DNA of 60,158 nt, counting the filler, from Sphacelaria rigidula (lineage: Eukaryota), in NCBI GenBank assembly GCA_964200075.2. It is 8 parts of 8 records of this genome, joined end to end, with 100 filler letters (N's around TTAATTAATTAA, not from the genome) between each part and the next. Parts side by side here need not be neighbours in the genome. Positions count along the whole stretch, not along the records: positions 1 to 7,433 come from CAXNAA020014943.1; positions 7,534 to 14,966 come from CAXNAA020014944.1; 6 more parts are not named here. One strand, given 5' to 3'. The notes beneath the pieces are model-generated. The model searched no databases. It saw only the letters and a list, made by a program, of their open reading frames with translations, and had not been told where the DNA came from. Positions 1-12,284 of the stretch are shown in pieces. Both the position numbers and the translations under genes were made by a program. Each line of letters starts with the position of its first letter. Positions within the stretch are counted from its first letter, which is position 1.

Positions 1-647
1 TCCTCAGACCGCAAGAGTCATTCCAATCATGTTCATGTAGTTAGGGAAAACCGAACTGTTGTGTTTCTGCGGAGGTTACGAAATTTGGTACATGTTGCTA
101 CGCCGGGCGACCTCTGTGCAGACACCAGCCAGTTCAGTAGAGCGACGAAAGCTAGCTATGATCAGGTTTGCCTGCTGTACTGCCGCCAGCGTCGCTTGAA
201 AGCCGCAAGACCTTTGAGGTTGGCGGTTGATGGCGTGGGTGCCAAATGCAACGACAAATGGTTGACCATAGAGCACCCTTGTTTTTTGTGGGTCCATATC
301 TCGCCCCGGGTGGTAATGCGTGACCTCGTCACATCGGAATGAATCCTTGAAAGCTACTGTACCGAGGTGTTCACGTAGCCAGCGCGCGTGCTCCAGATTG
401 CAGCATGGACGCACCCCTCTGTACCACGCTCGCAACGGTTAGATCACTACCATAGGTATCTTTTTTCACTCCGCTTGTCAAGAAGATCTCCACAAGTGTT
501 TGATGTCTCATACACCCCCCTACCAACTCGCGTCTCGCACACTGTTGTTGTTGGGCACCCACAGGGTCGCTCATATACATGTCGGGGAAAATCAACGATG
601 AATAACACCCCCCCCCCCAGTTCAAATTTTGGATATATCTGTTGTTT

Positions 648-1030
648 TCACCGCACCACCGCCCTTGCTGGCATGTGTGTGACAGAGAACAGTAGTAGCG
701 GTGACGGGAACATCGCCCAATTTTTTAACGACATGTTTTTCAGCGCACAGAGGCACGTCTTGTCCAAAACGAGAGGCAGAGAAACATCCGTCTTTGCATT
801 GGCCACAGGCAAGAAGAGACGGGATCCCTCCGCACCTCGATGTTCTGACACATGGAAAATTGGGTACATGCTGGTACCATGGATGATGCCAGCCCCTCGA
901 GCGATAGGGAATCGCCGAGCGAGGACACACAAAGGACACGTGCGAGGAGCTTCCTCTCTGTCGTTGCTTCTCTCTCGGGTGATATCGTCATCGACACGCG
1001 TGTACACCGCATTCGTTAGGTGCACGCCAC
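648..1030. repeat. Dispersed repeat, reverse-complement homologue of ~12500-12900
   Basis: CCTTGCTGGCATGTGTGTGACAGAGAAC...GGTGACGGGAACATCGCCC...CAGCGCACAGAGGCACGTC...GACACGCGTGTACACCGCATTC matches the minus strand of 12500-12900 on a different contig. No intact ORF. Confidence 0.85.
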
Positions 1031-2392
1031 AGCTGCTTAACTGCTGCGGACATTCGGGAGGGGGAAGATGGCTTCGCTCGGTCGTAAGTGTTTCGCGTCA
1101 TCCCTGCAAAAAATGAATGCCACTTCAACCTCATTTTTGAGATGGACCCCATTTTTCAGGACCCGCTGTTATGTGCTGATTAAACACCGTGCTGCATACG
1201 TAGAGATTGGCACTCCAGACGGACGTCCTAGTTGGGTAGATATCACGTGCCACATGAGTACGAGGCCCGGAATCTGTGTGAGATCTCAGAAACACGTAAA
1301 GCCTCACATGAATGTCAGGCCTCGGATGGATGTGGAGCTCCAGATGGACATCGAAGATAAATCTGGGATAACGATAAGATAGCTCAGATAAATACTCATA
1401 CTCCGGGTGCAGCTTGCACGGTGTTCTTTCAGTAATGCAGGAAGTTCGGTAATTCGAACTAAGCCCGACGCACGGGAAAGGGATTTTGATCGGTTTCATC
1501 AAATTCGGGAGTCACATGAACATCCAAAGATGAAAGCGCACCTACATCGTCATAGGGTGGTGAAGAGGGCATGCGTACGAAACGAGGCCTTTTGGTCTCA
1601 TGAACATAGATTCCACACCCTCTACCCGCTGAGGAATCGCCCCCCAGATTTAGCGGCCCTTGGTAACGTTGAATTACCTCTTCGAGAAGGCTCCCGGTCG
1701 ACATTATTTTATCAAGGTCCCGAAGTGTGGACTTTGGCCACCGTTCACTAGGTTACTGCCGTGGGAATAGCTTCTAGCGTTCGGAAAATTGCTATATTTG
1801 GAAATAAAGTGTCCTGACTTATTTCTGTCAATCCCAAAAAACGCACATGGTTTTTGAACGGCGCCGCGTCTGTTTCCCAAAGCCGAGCAGATACAATCTG
1901 ATGCGTTTTGGTTGGGCAGCAAATAAAACCGCAGTGGAGCATGGATGCCGAAAATTTACAATGAATGGTCAGTTGGTTGATGTCATAGATTGTCGCACAT
2001 GGAGTGTTTCGCTACGGACCTAGTCGCGGTCACAAGATAGACTTAGATGAACTGAGTAGACGAAAGCACTCGCAATAGGAAACCTCGAGAGAGAGGTCAT
2101 ATAAAAAGGAGGAGGGCACTGCAGAGTACAAACAGCGAAAGCAGTAGGGGAGAAGAAAAAGAGACAGGAGGAGCCACGCTACGTTAGGGGGGGTGGGGGG
2201 GTGCTTCCACGAAAAATGACTCACAGATGTGTCAGACGACCTAACACACTCGCGGTGCGTTTCTGTTTGGGTCAAAACGATGTCCGTCAGTATGAATGGG
2301 CATTATTCATCGGTTACAAGTGCGTTTGAACAAGCGTTGCTGCTTTCAAACACGATCTGATATGGAATGTCGTGGAAGAAATGACCCGAGAT

Positions 2393-2432
<40 letters not shown>

Positions 2433-5263
2433 CCCACATCTGACACGCAGGAAAAAACAAACAAAACCCNNNNNNNNNNTTACAGGTGGGGTTGAACAAG
2501 GCTTTGCTTTTTCAAAACAGATTTTTTTTGGAATGTCGGGGGAAAAATACCCCCAATCCCCCCCCCCCCCCCCCCCCCGCCCCCTCCCCGATCGTGGCAT
2601 AAATTTGAATGCAAAGACAACACAAAATCTACCGCGCTAGGCTCCAGTACCGGTCACGATGAAAACAAAACACGGCAGAGCCTTACCGCACGGCTTCCGG
2701 AAGGGTGACGTACATGAACATGACGAATCTGAAGGAAACCAACAGGGGTGTCGCAGCAGTCTATGGATAAGTTATCTGGGGACCGATCTACTTGAGCAGA
2801 AATTCTCACCCCCGACTTCTTCACAAACATGACACAAGTGCCGGCGTGTGGCATTGACAAAACAACGCGAAGTCAAGAAGAAGCACACTATGAAACAAAG
2901 TAGGACAAAACGAAGAGGGGAAAAGAGCACAGTGACCGGGAGAGAGGGAAAGAGGGGCAGCGGAAGAACGAAACGGAATATCTGGAAGGGCAAGAAAGAG
3001 AGGTGGGGGGACTCAGATGCAGCACAAACCATTTGCAGGGAAACATATCTGAAACAAGAGACGTCGCTATATTTGCAAGCCAGGGAATGTGTACAGCTTG
3101 ATAAGAGCGGTCTTCACAAATGGCACACCGCTGCGGGTACATACTAGCTGCTGCAAGAACTCTGGAGTATTGCATAGACAAAATCATCACGATGTACCTC
3201 AAAGTCGCTAGTTGGTTCAAGAGCGGAGAGCCGCGCGTCCATGATCCGATTTTGTATTTCAACGTTCTAGATTCCTCCCCCCCTCATATGATATATCCAA
3301 GGGAGGGTAGCTCAAGGCCGATAACCCCCCCCCCACGCGTGCCAGTGAACACAAGCATCAGGTTCCTGAGTGGAATCAGCGGTGCCAATAGGCCCTAGGA
3401 CCAATCATAGGCTTTTCTCTCTTTGTATTTGTTATCTGTTCCCATTAAGCCATTTCAGGAGCAACAGCCACCGCAGTATATCCATGTGTTGCATTCTTGA
3501 CGGCTGTCCCATATATTTGTATGTGTCTTCATTTCGATATGTGATTGCGGGGTCCTGCGGCAAAGGTGTTTTGTTTGAATCGATGGTCAACAAGAGGACA
3601 TAACGAACGTCGGAGGAAGTTAGACACAGAACAACTTTCGCACGGAAACATCACATTCAAACATGATCGAATCTTTTGCTAGAAATTACCGGGAAAATAA
3701 CAGCGAATAATCCATGACGCCTGCTGGCATTCATGACACAAATCGCCCCCCCTCCCGGGAAAAAGGCACCACCCTGTTAGCAGGAATGCCATGTGAACAT
3801 GAAACTGCCGCCTCTGTGATAAAAATTGAGCGGTGTAACCGTACATCACTGCACCTGGTTTGTGCTTACTATACATTCGCTCGTGGTAGTTGGTTTCGTA
3901 CCCTTCCGAACACACGGTCATGTTGGCAAGCGTATTGTATTTGCAGGAAGCCGATATGCGGAGTCGAGCTTAGTCAGCTATAACGGGCTGCGAGGCGCTT
4001 CGGCACCGTACGTAGGCATTCGTAGCAAGATTGCACGGGTCGGATAAATGAACGATTCGTCTGGAAACGACTTGGTTATAGTGTAATTGATTCGTACCGT
4101 ACGAATCAATCCTCAGGCTTTGTGTTGCAACCTAGGTACGCGCAGCCCAGGCACGTGGAATGGTGAAAAAATTGCGTGGACACCCCTTTGACCAGCGGTG
4201 AACATTTTCCTGTCTTTCGAGCAATCAGGCGTCAAAACTCGTGGATTTGGTGATTCGAACCGGCGATGATTCGTCCGGACCGTGGAATCTTGTATGTCGC
4301 GTTTGGCAAAACCCACGTGCTGCGCCGTTGTCACCGATTGTCGGGGGTTCTCGTCCGCCAGGAGGCGAAGATGGACTTGCTCGTACCCTCAAGCTCTGGC
4401 GAAAGGTACCAGGTGAGAGTGTCTGCATTCAACCAACCGTAAAAATGCATCACGACAATATAGTCTTCGACTCGTGGGGGATTGCAACGGACCTTTCGAG
4501 AGTATTTCCTTATCGGTCGGGGAGTCTTATCTGTCACAAGTCCCGCGTTAGTGCTGTATTGTTGGTGCGTCCACCTACTGTACGAGGTGGTTGGTGCCTC
4601 GCTTAATGAGGGTGTGTCGACATGGCATGTGTATCGACTTTGGGTTCCTTTCAGTATCAACCTGCCGGGTTCACTCTGCTTGGTGAAAGCGACATAGCAA
4701 GAGTAATGCTGTAGCTCACAGGTTCGCGTAAACTTGATACATTCGTACAGTGTCACAACTACAGGTATTCGCAAAGCACCAGTACAGCTAATCGCAACCT
4801 CTTGTTGGATCATCAAAGTTTCTAGAGAGCATGCTGACACAATTCAAACCTGTCAGCTGAGATGAACGTCCTGAATTCAAGCACAGCGGAAGGCGACAGG
4901 CGGGGTACGCACATATGGCTTGTGGGAAGGGTTACATGGGGTTGGTTACCACAGGGATGAAATAAAGTATGTGCCTTCAGATATGTTCCCCTGGCCCGAG
5001 ATTAACGCTCGGGACGACGAGAGGATCAACCCCTACGCTGAAAACCCAAGAGCGGAGTGGTGTCGGCGCTTGTTTTTCACGCAGCGTTGCATAAAACACA
5101 ACAACAGCATCCGTTCTGCAGAAATTGTGCGCCCCCTTCCGTCGACCTGTGCGATATCTCACAATAAATCGCGCTCACATTGCAATTTATACTACTATCC
5201 AACCGTTTCGCCAATGGTGGTGTACTGTTGTCGTTTTCCATGAAAATTGTCGACACTCTCCAG

Positions 5264-5389
5264 ATCAGGAAGGGCGACATGCTTTTCTGCCATCAGGACC
5301 TGGCTCAGATAGACACCGCCGCTTTCGGCGCCGACGCGAGGGAGTTCAAGCCTAAGCGCTTCGTCGGAAACCCCGACCTCAAGAAAAAG
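5264..5389 (+). CDS. Internal exon of a cytochrome P450, CYP74-clan-like (oxylipin enzyme family)
   Basis: Acceptor ctctccag|ATC, donor AAG|gtgacg, 126 nt, phase 0-0. It encodes IRKGDMLFCHQDLAQIDTAAFGADAREFKPKRFVGNPDLKKK, which has the P450 PxRF motif (FKPKRF) and resembles the CYP74 stretch 'KKGEMLFGYQPFATKDPKIF..PEEFVPDRFVG'. Confidence 0.8.
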
Positions 5390-5419
5390 GTGACGAAGCT
5401 GACACACACAAAATGGATT

Positions 5420-6646
5420 CAAACGCCGGACAGCTTATGAGCTACCTGAAACACGTAATCGAAAAGGAGGACTCTCAGAGCCGTTGTCCAAGACTCAAAA
5501 TACGTGACAGCGGGGTCTGAGAAGTCAAAGTACCACACAACCGTTGCGCTACTCCGCATCCTCGGCGTCTAGCGCTGTAGGGAGAAAATATGGGAAAGGG
5601 GGCCAGGATGATCTACAGTAGTGGGTGGTCTAACTTTTCAGGGGCATTTTGAGGTTTTCCTCGCGTCCTACTCTTCGATAGAACTCGAAATTGGTAGAGT
5701 TGGTAGATTTTGGAACAAAAAACAGATAATCCTCGAAACACAGTCCCCAAGTCAGTGTTAGTTGGTGTTATCGGGCGATTCGAGTGATTACCCCGTTCAT
5801 CAGCAGTATACCACATATTCTGGAGCTTTCCATGTAGGCCTATTTGACCCTAAATGTGGTATCGTGATACTATCGCGATAGAAAGAAAGACAAAATTATC
5901 TATCGCCATGCTATCGCGATGGACAGAAATGGCCAGGATTGGCATCGCGATAGCATCGCAATAGAGAGGAATTGCTTTTTTCTATCGCCATACTATCGCG
6001 ATAGAAAAAGAGCCATTCCTCTCCATCGCGATGCTATCGCGATCGCATCGTTTACGACCATAGAAAATAAATTAAGGTAAATTGTCTGGTCCTACATATT
6101 TCCTCGTGAAAATGTTTAATGTCGCCAGTGGTCGTCGCAAGAAACCGTGTGATCCTGTGGCAGATAGTATCGCGATAAAAAAATGCAATTTCTCTCTATC
6201 GCGATAGGAAAATGTAGCCTAAATGTGTTACTGATCGTGAAACATAGTTTTTCAGCTCTAGTACAATGAGTAGGTAGATTTTCAATAGAATAAAACTGTA
6301 CATTTCTTCACAAATTTGATCGGGATAGGCTCGATCGAATATCGAAAAGTGAGAATCTGGGCTGAAACGTGGCAGGACCCGGATAACCGGTCGGCCCGTA
6401 AGTGACTCAATATTGACTACAGATTATTTTTTATTTCTTGGAATGTGGATCGGATACAAATATCTCTAGATCCCCGATGTGATAAGCGGTGGCAACCGAA
6501 AAGAGCCCAAGAAAATCGCCAATTACGAAAAACTGACAAAACGCCATAAAATGCATAGCTAGACCGCCCATTACTGTAGGTCATGATCCGGACCGTGCAC
6601 TAGCGCGAGGTTATGTTCAAGTAGCTCATGAGCTGTCTGACGTGTG
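5420..6646. mobile_element. Non-autonomous TIR DNA transposon (~1.23 kb) in the P450 intron
   Basis: Left end CAAACGCCGGACAGCTTATGAGCTACCTGAA and right end TTCAAGTAGCTCATGAGCTGTCTGACGTGTG form ~31-bp imperfect TIRs. Both subterminal regions match the 259-bp element at 12026-12284. No ORF. Confidence 0.85.
5860..6206. repeat. Array of palindromic (C)TATCGCGATA(G) doublets with 17-20-nt spacers
   Basis: Five ~23-nt double-palindrome units at ~41-bp periodicity (5860-6050) and two more motifs at 6164-6206. Confidence 0.85.
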
Positions 6647-7433
6647 AGATGGGTACCTTTCGAGTAACTTCCATGGGTATTGAAGGCAGGGTATGAGGTA
6701 CTGTCACAACCGAAGAGATGAGCAGGGAACACAACTACCCGGACCATGTGCATTCTGTGTGGTTGCTTCACACAATCCGAACAACATTGTCACCAGTGCT
6801 TTGAATGGCACCTTGCCATCACACCTACCCGAACCGGTGCACTTCGGCTGGATGTATACTTCCGGCTATTCTCGTGGGCACACATGTAGATATCACGCCG
6901 TGAAATGTTCCCTGCTCATACATCACAGGTGTTCAAATTCGGCTACCATGATGCGGAGAACCCCGTGCAAAAAGATGGAATGCCGTGGGGTTGCGTAGCG
7001 CACGCATTGGGACTGCTAGACGGAATCCTCAAAGTCTTCTATGCGAGGTAAGGGAGGGGCACCCTGCGGCATTCTCAATGGTGAGGTTACAGCACAAACA
7101 CATTGTCGTTGAAGATCAGACCGCCAGGTATTCTTTGCGCAGCAGATCAATTCCTCGTTTTCACCCACTTCATCTGAACGAAGGCACACGTATTCAGCCA
7201 GAAGATTTCAAACAAACGTTCAAAGCCCGCACCTCGCCATACCCCCGCCCCCTCCCCCCCGCGTGGTTGTGAGCCTGGTCCGGCGAAAATCCGGCGTGCT
7301 CCTTCCCGGTTTTGTGGTGATACGAAGTCACTGATCACATGACGGTGATGAATGGTGATGACGCACCCATGAGGCAGTGTGTAAGACGTGGCTGTCGCTG
7401 GAAGTGGCGATACCACAAAATAAAGCAACTCAT

Positions 7434-7533
7434 NNNNNNNNNNNNNNNNNNNNNNNNNNNNNNNNNNNNNNNNNNNNTTAATTAATTAANNNNNNNNNNN
7501 NNNNNNNNNNNNNNNNNNNNNNNNNNNNNNNNN
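7434..7533. other. Artificial contig spacer (N-run + TTAATTAATTAA + N-run); the same spacer recurs at 14967-15066, 22499-22598, 30031-30130, 37563-37662, 45095-45194 and 52627-52726
   Basis: Seven identical 100-bp spacers with a linker that has stops in all six frames. They separate segments of 7,432-7,433 bp, as expected for size-sorted concatenated contigs. Confidence 0.98.
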
Positions 7534-7590
7534 CCACATACACCGAAAGGTGTAAACTGGTGCCCAGAATAAATGGGACGACAACACACA
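7534..7590 (-). repeat. Abundant dispersed repeat end (TGTTGTCATCCCATyTATTCTGGACG.CAGTyTACACC family); copies also at ~36332-36385 and ~44250-44293
   Basis: The same ~50-bp motif occurs on three separate contigs. Confidence 0.75.
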
Positions 7591-8869
7591 ACAAACACAG
7601 AGAATATTTCCACCTCGTACGTCCACGGCACTTGTGTTCGCACCTGGCTTGTAAAAAAGAATAATTCTTGGTGCGCGGACGGAAAGGACACATCTGTTGA
7701 GGCTCAGGCCGTATGTTGCCGACACCAAAATATGATGCCGGGGAAGAAACACGCGGCCAGAAGCAGCATGTTGATTGATCGCCGGGCGGATACGGCCTTA
7801 GCTTTTCCGATCGAAATGCGCGGCGGAATAAAGGAAGGGGCACTTCACTCCTGTTTAGCAGAGCAGGGCGCCAGCGATCACCTGCTTACCAAACCATTCG
7901 AACACCACACAAGTCACTGTCATGTACCACCGGAACCCTGCAGCATACTGCATGTCTCGTCTTTCCAGACGATATCCCACATGCAGTTCAAGACCTCGAA
8001 GGACATGGAGGCCACAAGGCAGCGGGAGCAAAGTGCGGCAGGCACGTTGTTGATGATGTGACCGCTTCTAATTGCGGGATGAGAAGAAAAGACGTTGAAA
8101 ATGACGCCAAGGACGAAGTCTGCACTTCATCCTCCGAGTGTTGGGTGTCTCAAATGCAGGGTATGGCATGTCCGACTGCATGCACCCCGGATAACATGTT
8201 CGTTCGTTAGTGCGCCGATGCACTCGACAGCGTCAAAGCGTCCTTCACTCCGGGGGCGTCAACAGCACCTACTTAAACCCCGCTGCCACCCCGACCACAC
8301 CCAAAACCTGCTGTCGGTGTATGCGACCTGCGCCGGCCGCAAGAGGTGCATGTCCCGGGCATACAATCACTCTTGCAAATCCTCGACCCAGCCCGATGGA
8401 AGTATCTCGCTGTCATGTGCGGGTCAGCGTAGACTTTGCAGGCTCTGTCGCCAAAGACAAACGATACATGAAACCGTCAATGACGGCAGAAGGTGTTGCG
8501 ACAAGATGGAATCATGAATTATGTGTCGAGAATCGAACATATGGCATCCAAAAGTGGTTTCTCCTGTATCACGCAAATTATCGGGGTGCAGCGGTGTCGC
8601 ATCAATAGTTGCACGAGCAACTTGATTGCACGACCCGTATGCCGATATGTTGGGATGATATTCCAGTCGCAATTGGTAGATCCGTACTCGGAGCAGCAGC
8701 AGTTCCCTTTGGTTCACGCGGGGTAAAAACACTGCCTGATCTCAGGGTGAAATTATTAATCGTGCTAAATTTGGCTTTTCTGGTTCCGGCCTTGCGGCTC
8801 GAAATGCTTTCCGCATATCGGAAATGAATATGTGGTGTCAAAATTTCAGCGCCTACCTGAGGAGATCAC

Positions 8870-9679
8870 ATGGCGCGTGATGTGCCAACCGCGAACAAGG
8901 ACAGTTGCCCAACCCTGGTCGTACTTGTCTCACTCGCACCCACCGCCCATCGGCCCGTCCTTGTGCTTACTGTCACCACTCCATGTGTCTTCGGCCATGG
9001 CAGCTCGCGAGGACCAACGAGGACAAAAATTGGGAGAAATGCGGACCACCCGTTGCAGTTCTGCAAGAACAACCTCTCGAACATGATCGTGATCGACGGG
9101 TATGAGAGGAGGGGAGGGAACGACGCGAACGACTTCGCCAAAGACTGCTTCGACCTCGAGCTCGACCACATACCGGGAGCGACTTTCAATTATCTCGACT
9201 TCGACGGGTCGGATGTGTACGACACAGATGAGGAGGGGGAGAGGTCCGATACGGAGAACTGGAAGGGGAAGTGAAGTAAAGGAACGGGCAAGGTGGCGGC
9301 GAAGAAGAAGCCAGGCAGAAAGAGGCAGGGGTCGGGGGTTAGCGGCGAGGACCTCAAGGTCGCGGCTGACAACTTCGCGTCCGCCGGCAAAGCCCTGGCG
9401 GACGCCATCCGCGATAGTTGGAAACTCCTTACACCCGACGACAGCGATAACTTCTACAAGTTCCGCGCTGTTTCGAAGGATCTCATCGATCTGAAGCAGC
9501 AGCTGGAAGATGTGATGGCAGAGAGAGACGCAGCCGTCGCTGAGAGAGGGGAAGCCCCGGCGTGGGTGAAGACGAGAGTGTCGCGACTGGAAAAAATCAT
9601 CGATTCCGCGCAAAGGCAGTACGACCACTACCTTGCACTATCCCGGCAGGACGTGGGAGCCGAGAGGAGTCACGAATGA
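8870..9679 (+). pseudogene. Coding-like reading frame of unknown function with one in-frame TGA (9272-9274); acidic stretch, NLS-like basic stretch and C-terminal coiled coil
   Basis: ORFs 8870-9274 and 9293-9679 are in the same frame. Strong GC3 codon bias from ~9059 (possible acceptor ttgcag|TTC). Contains KKKPGRKR and a heptad-like DLIDLKQQLEDVMAERDAA. Confidence 0.55.
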
Positions 9680-11249
9680 ACTTTCGCGTGGGATTGTCTC
9701 TTGGTTGGGGAATAGCTGGTGTCGTGAGGGTTGCCGGGCTAATGCTGTCGCGGGGCGGCAAGGGGCGTGGTGAAGAGCGAAGCCAATGCGCTGGAAGGAC
9801 TTCTCGTCCGGGCTTGCGCAATGTTTGCCGACGCTTAGCTTCTGCAATCATGTGTTGGTCGCTGATGGTATTGTCCGACTTCATATGTCAGCGTAGTGTT
9901 GGATCTTGCACGTGACGCGTGCTTCGTCGCTGTAGGTGTTGTATTGTCCTCGGGGCGTTCAGAGTGCCTCCACCGTCTGCGTAGGCATGTGGTGGGCCGG
10001 TATGTTGTTGGACTCGTTGCACCTGTGTCCCTTCATATCGCCGACAGTGGCGACGCACGCACTGGTTTTCATCCTTTCATGGAGACTGTGGTTTTTTCCC
10101 CCACGACTCTCTTCGCGTGCTTCCCTGTCCAATGTGGTATTTGTTACGTCGCCGCATTTTTTGTTCGGTGCACCGTGCGTCGGGGGCCGTGCATGCATGT
10201 GGGATGGGCGTCCGTATACTCAGAGGGTTTCGCATGTTGTGCACAGGTTGCTTTGACCTATCCAGAGGTTGAGTGCCGCATTAGTGTGTCTCTCGTGGTT
10301 GGGTACTCCGGCTGCAGCGAGATATTGCTGTCGTCATGTTGACGATGGTGCAAGAAACCGGAGATCGTGGTGCACGTCGGACTCCGTCGGCAGTGGTAGA
10401 AGGCCTTGTGGTATGTCGTGTTCGATAGTTTTGTGTAACTGGGCAATTCAGGGGGGGCGGGGACGTGGGGAACGTTTACGATGGTATCCAGCCGTCACGG
10501 GAAAGCACGGTGAACTTTGGATGGCAACTGATCACCGTTACTAGTCAGTGAAGGAACCAGCCACCTGGAGCAGATTATGTGTGACGATGAGTCCACTGAG
10601 GCACGTACTAACTTTTATATCTCGGTTCGAGGCCCGGTCCTGTACAAACCACTGGAGAAAATGCATACGCTGCCGCCGTCGTAAGCCGATCCTGACTCTT
10701 TTCTGTTCTCGCCTATTTGAACAAGCTTACATGTAAGAGGTGCTTGTTTCCCCCCACTAGTGTCGAAGGTGCCCGCAGGGGATGGTCTTGGTCAGGGATG
10801 GTCTCCAACCACGACCATAACAATAGCCAGGCCAAAACGCGACAGCATGCAGGCGTTGCCAATAATCATAAATGTAGCACGTGTTTGAGGAGTAACGTGC
10901 ATTGTACACAAGCATTGAGAGGGGAAAAGCAGTGGAGGGAAACGCGAACTAAGTATCCCCTTGTTTTTCGGCCATCTGGGGGGAAGGCATGTAGGTGTGC
11001 GGGAAATATTGTTTTGTGCACCCTGCGTCAAGTCGGAACTTCGGCCCGCCTCAGATCGAAAACAATGGGACCTTTTCCCCACGCGAAAACGCCAAATCTC
11101 CCGGCGAAAAGATATTCTCCCCGCAAAATTATTCCACATGACTTCACAAGGTGAGAGACACGATGGCAGTAACGGGCGAGTCACACACTAATCCAACAAT
11201 GCGGCAAGTAAATAATTTTTGAGGACAAGCTTGGAGAAGTTAGACCGAA

Positions 11250-11800
11250 ATGAACATTCGCCGAAAAATTCGGACAATATCTTCTGTTAACTGACGCTTC
11301 ACTGTTGGAACGCCTGAACCAGGTCGTGGCCCCACAAGTAGGGACTGTCACCGTCGCGTGTCCCGGGCATGTTGCATCCCCACCTTCAGGGGTGTACCCA
11401 ATTTATCCGCTTGGATTGGGGCCGGGTTTCGAGCATGCCCGCTGCCAACAATTGAACTTCACATGAACAACAATGTTGTGTGGACGAGCATCTAGCGATG
11501 ATGCCATATTTCGATATGATGCTCACTGTCTCCCCAACAGACCCGAGAAATCACACCAATTACCACCTGCCAGTTACGCTCTTGACAAGGGTGCGCGAGA
11601 ATATCAGATTCCACTCCACTGTCGCCGCCTGTACTCTGTCCTCAACACAAAATATGTTCCTACCACACCGTGAATCGTGAGCGACTGGTCCGTCTTTATT
11701 GTTCACCGCCGGAGAACATAAGCGCCATTTCAACTTTCTGCCAACAACTCTCGCCTACTCCAACAAGACAAACTCCATGCTAAAGAGGACGCTACACGTG
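11250..11800 (+). mobile_element. Possible highly degraded Penelope-like reverse transcriptase fragment
   Basis: Frameshifted peptide remnants IYPLGL / QLNFT / MPYFDMML / YALDKGAREY / RLVRLY occur in the order of Penelope-type RT motifs (IYP..L, LPFLD, LYDKR, SQLVRY). The resemblance is weak. Confidence 0.3.
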
Positions 11801-12025
11801 CAGGATGTGTTGCGCCTGACCTGCTCGCGGCAGGTACCGGCATAATAATGCCAGGAGGCACAACCTCTCTCAACACCTCCGACAGTGCGTACGAACTGGG
11901 GCAGCCTCAAAACAGATTGAAGCTCTTACAAGCATATCGTATCGACACAAACGAATCGGGCCGTGATTCGCACATGTTTTTCATCGTGTTGAAGATGACC
12001 AGATGCCCATCTGCTGTGGACCCTG

Positions 12026-12284
12026 CACACGTTGGACAGCTCATGAGCTACTTGAATTATACTTCTTATTAGTGTACTGGTTCGGATCATGAGCTAACTC
12101 AAATTACCCCCTTTTCCACATTTTTTCCCTATCGCACTGGACGCCGAGCTCACACAGTAGCGCGAAAGGTAGTGCTTCGGCTTCTTGGACCCTGCTGTCA
12201 CATTTGTTTTTGTTTTTGTACAAGAAATCTGAGAGTGTTGCTCGATTAGCTATGTTAGGTAGCTCATGAGCTGTCCGACATGTG
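12026..12284. mobile_element. MITE (259 bp), internal-deletion relative of the 5420-6646 element
   Basis: TIRs CACACGTTGGACAGCTCATGAGCTAC ... GTAGCTCATGAGCTGTCCGACATGTG. Flanks GGACCCTG / AAACCCTG match at 6 of 8 positions, a possible 8-bp TSD. Confidence 0.85.

Noticed and set aside
2296-2640. Poly-Pro/Gly ORFs (also 22547-22888)
   Set aside because: They derive from homopolymer C/G runs next to assembly gaps.
5860-6206. CRISPR array
   Set aside because: The repeats are degenerate, the spacers are short and related to one another, there are no cas genes, and the context is a eukaryotic transposon.
9272-9274. Selenocysteine TGA
   Set aside because: It lies in a low-complexity Lys/Gly linker with no redox motif, and I recognised no SECIS element.
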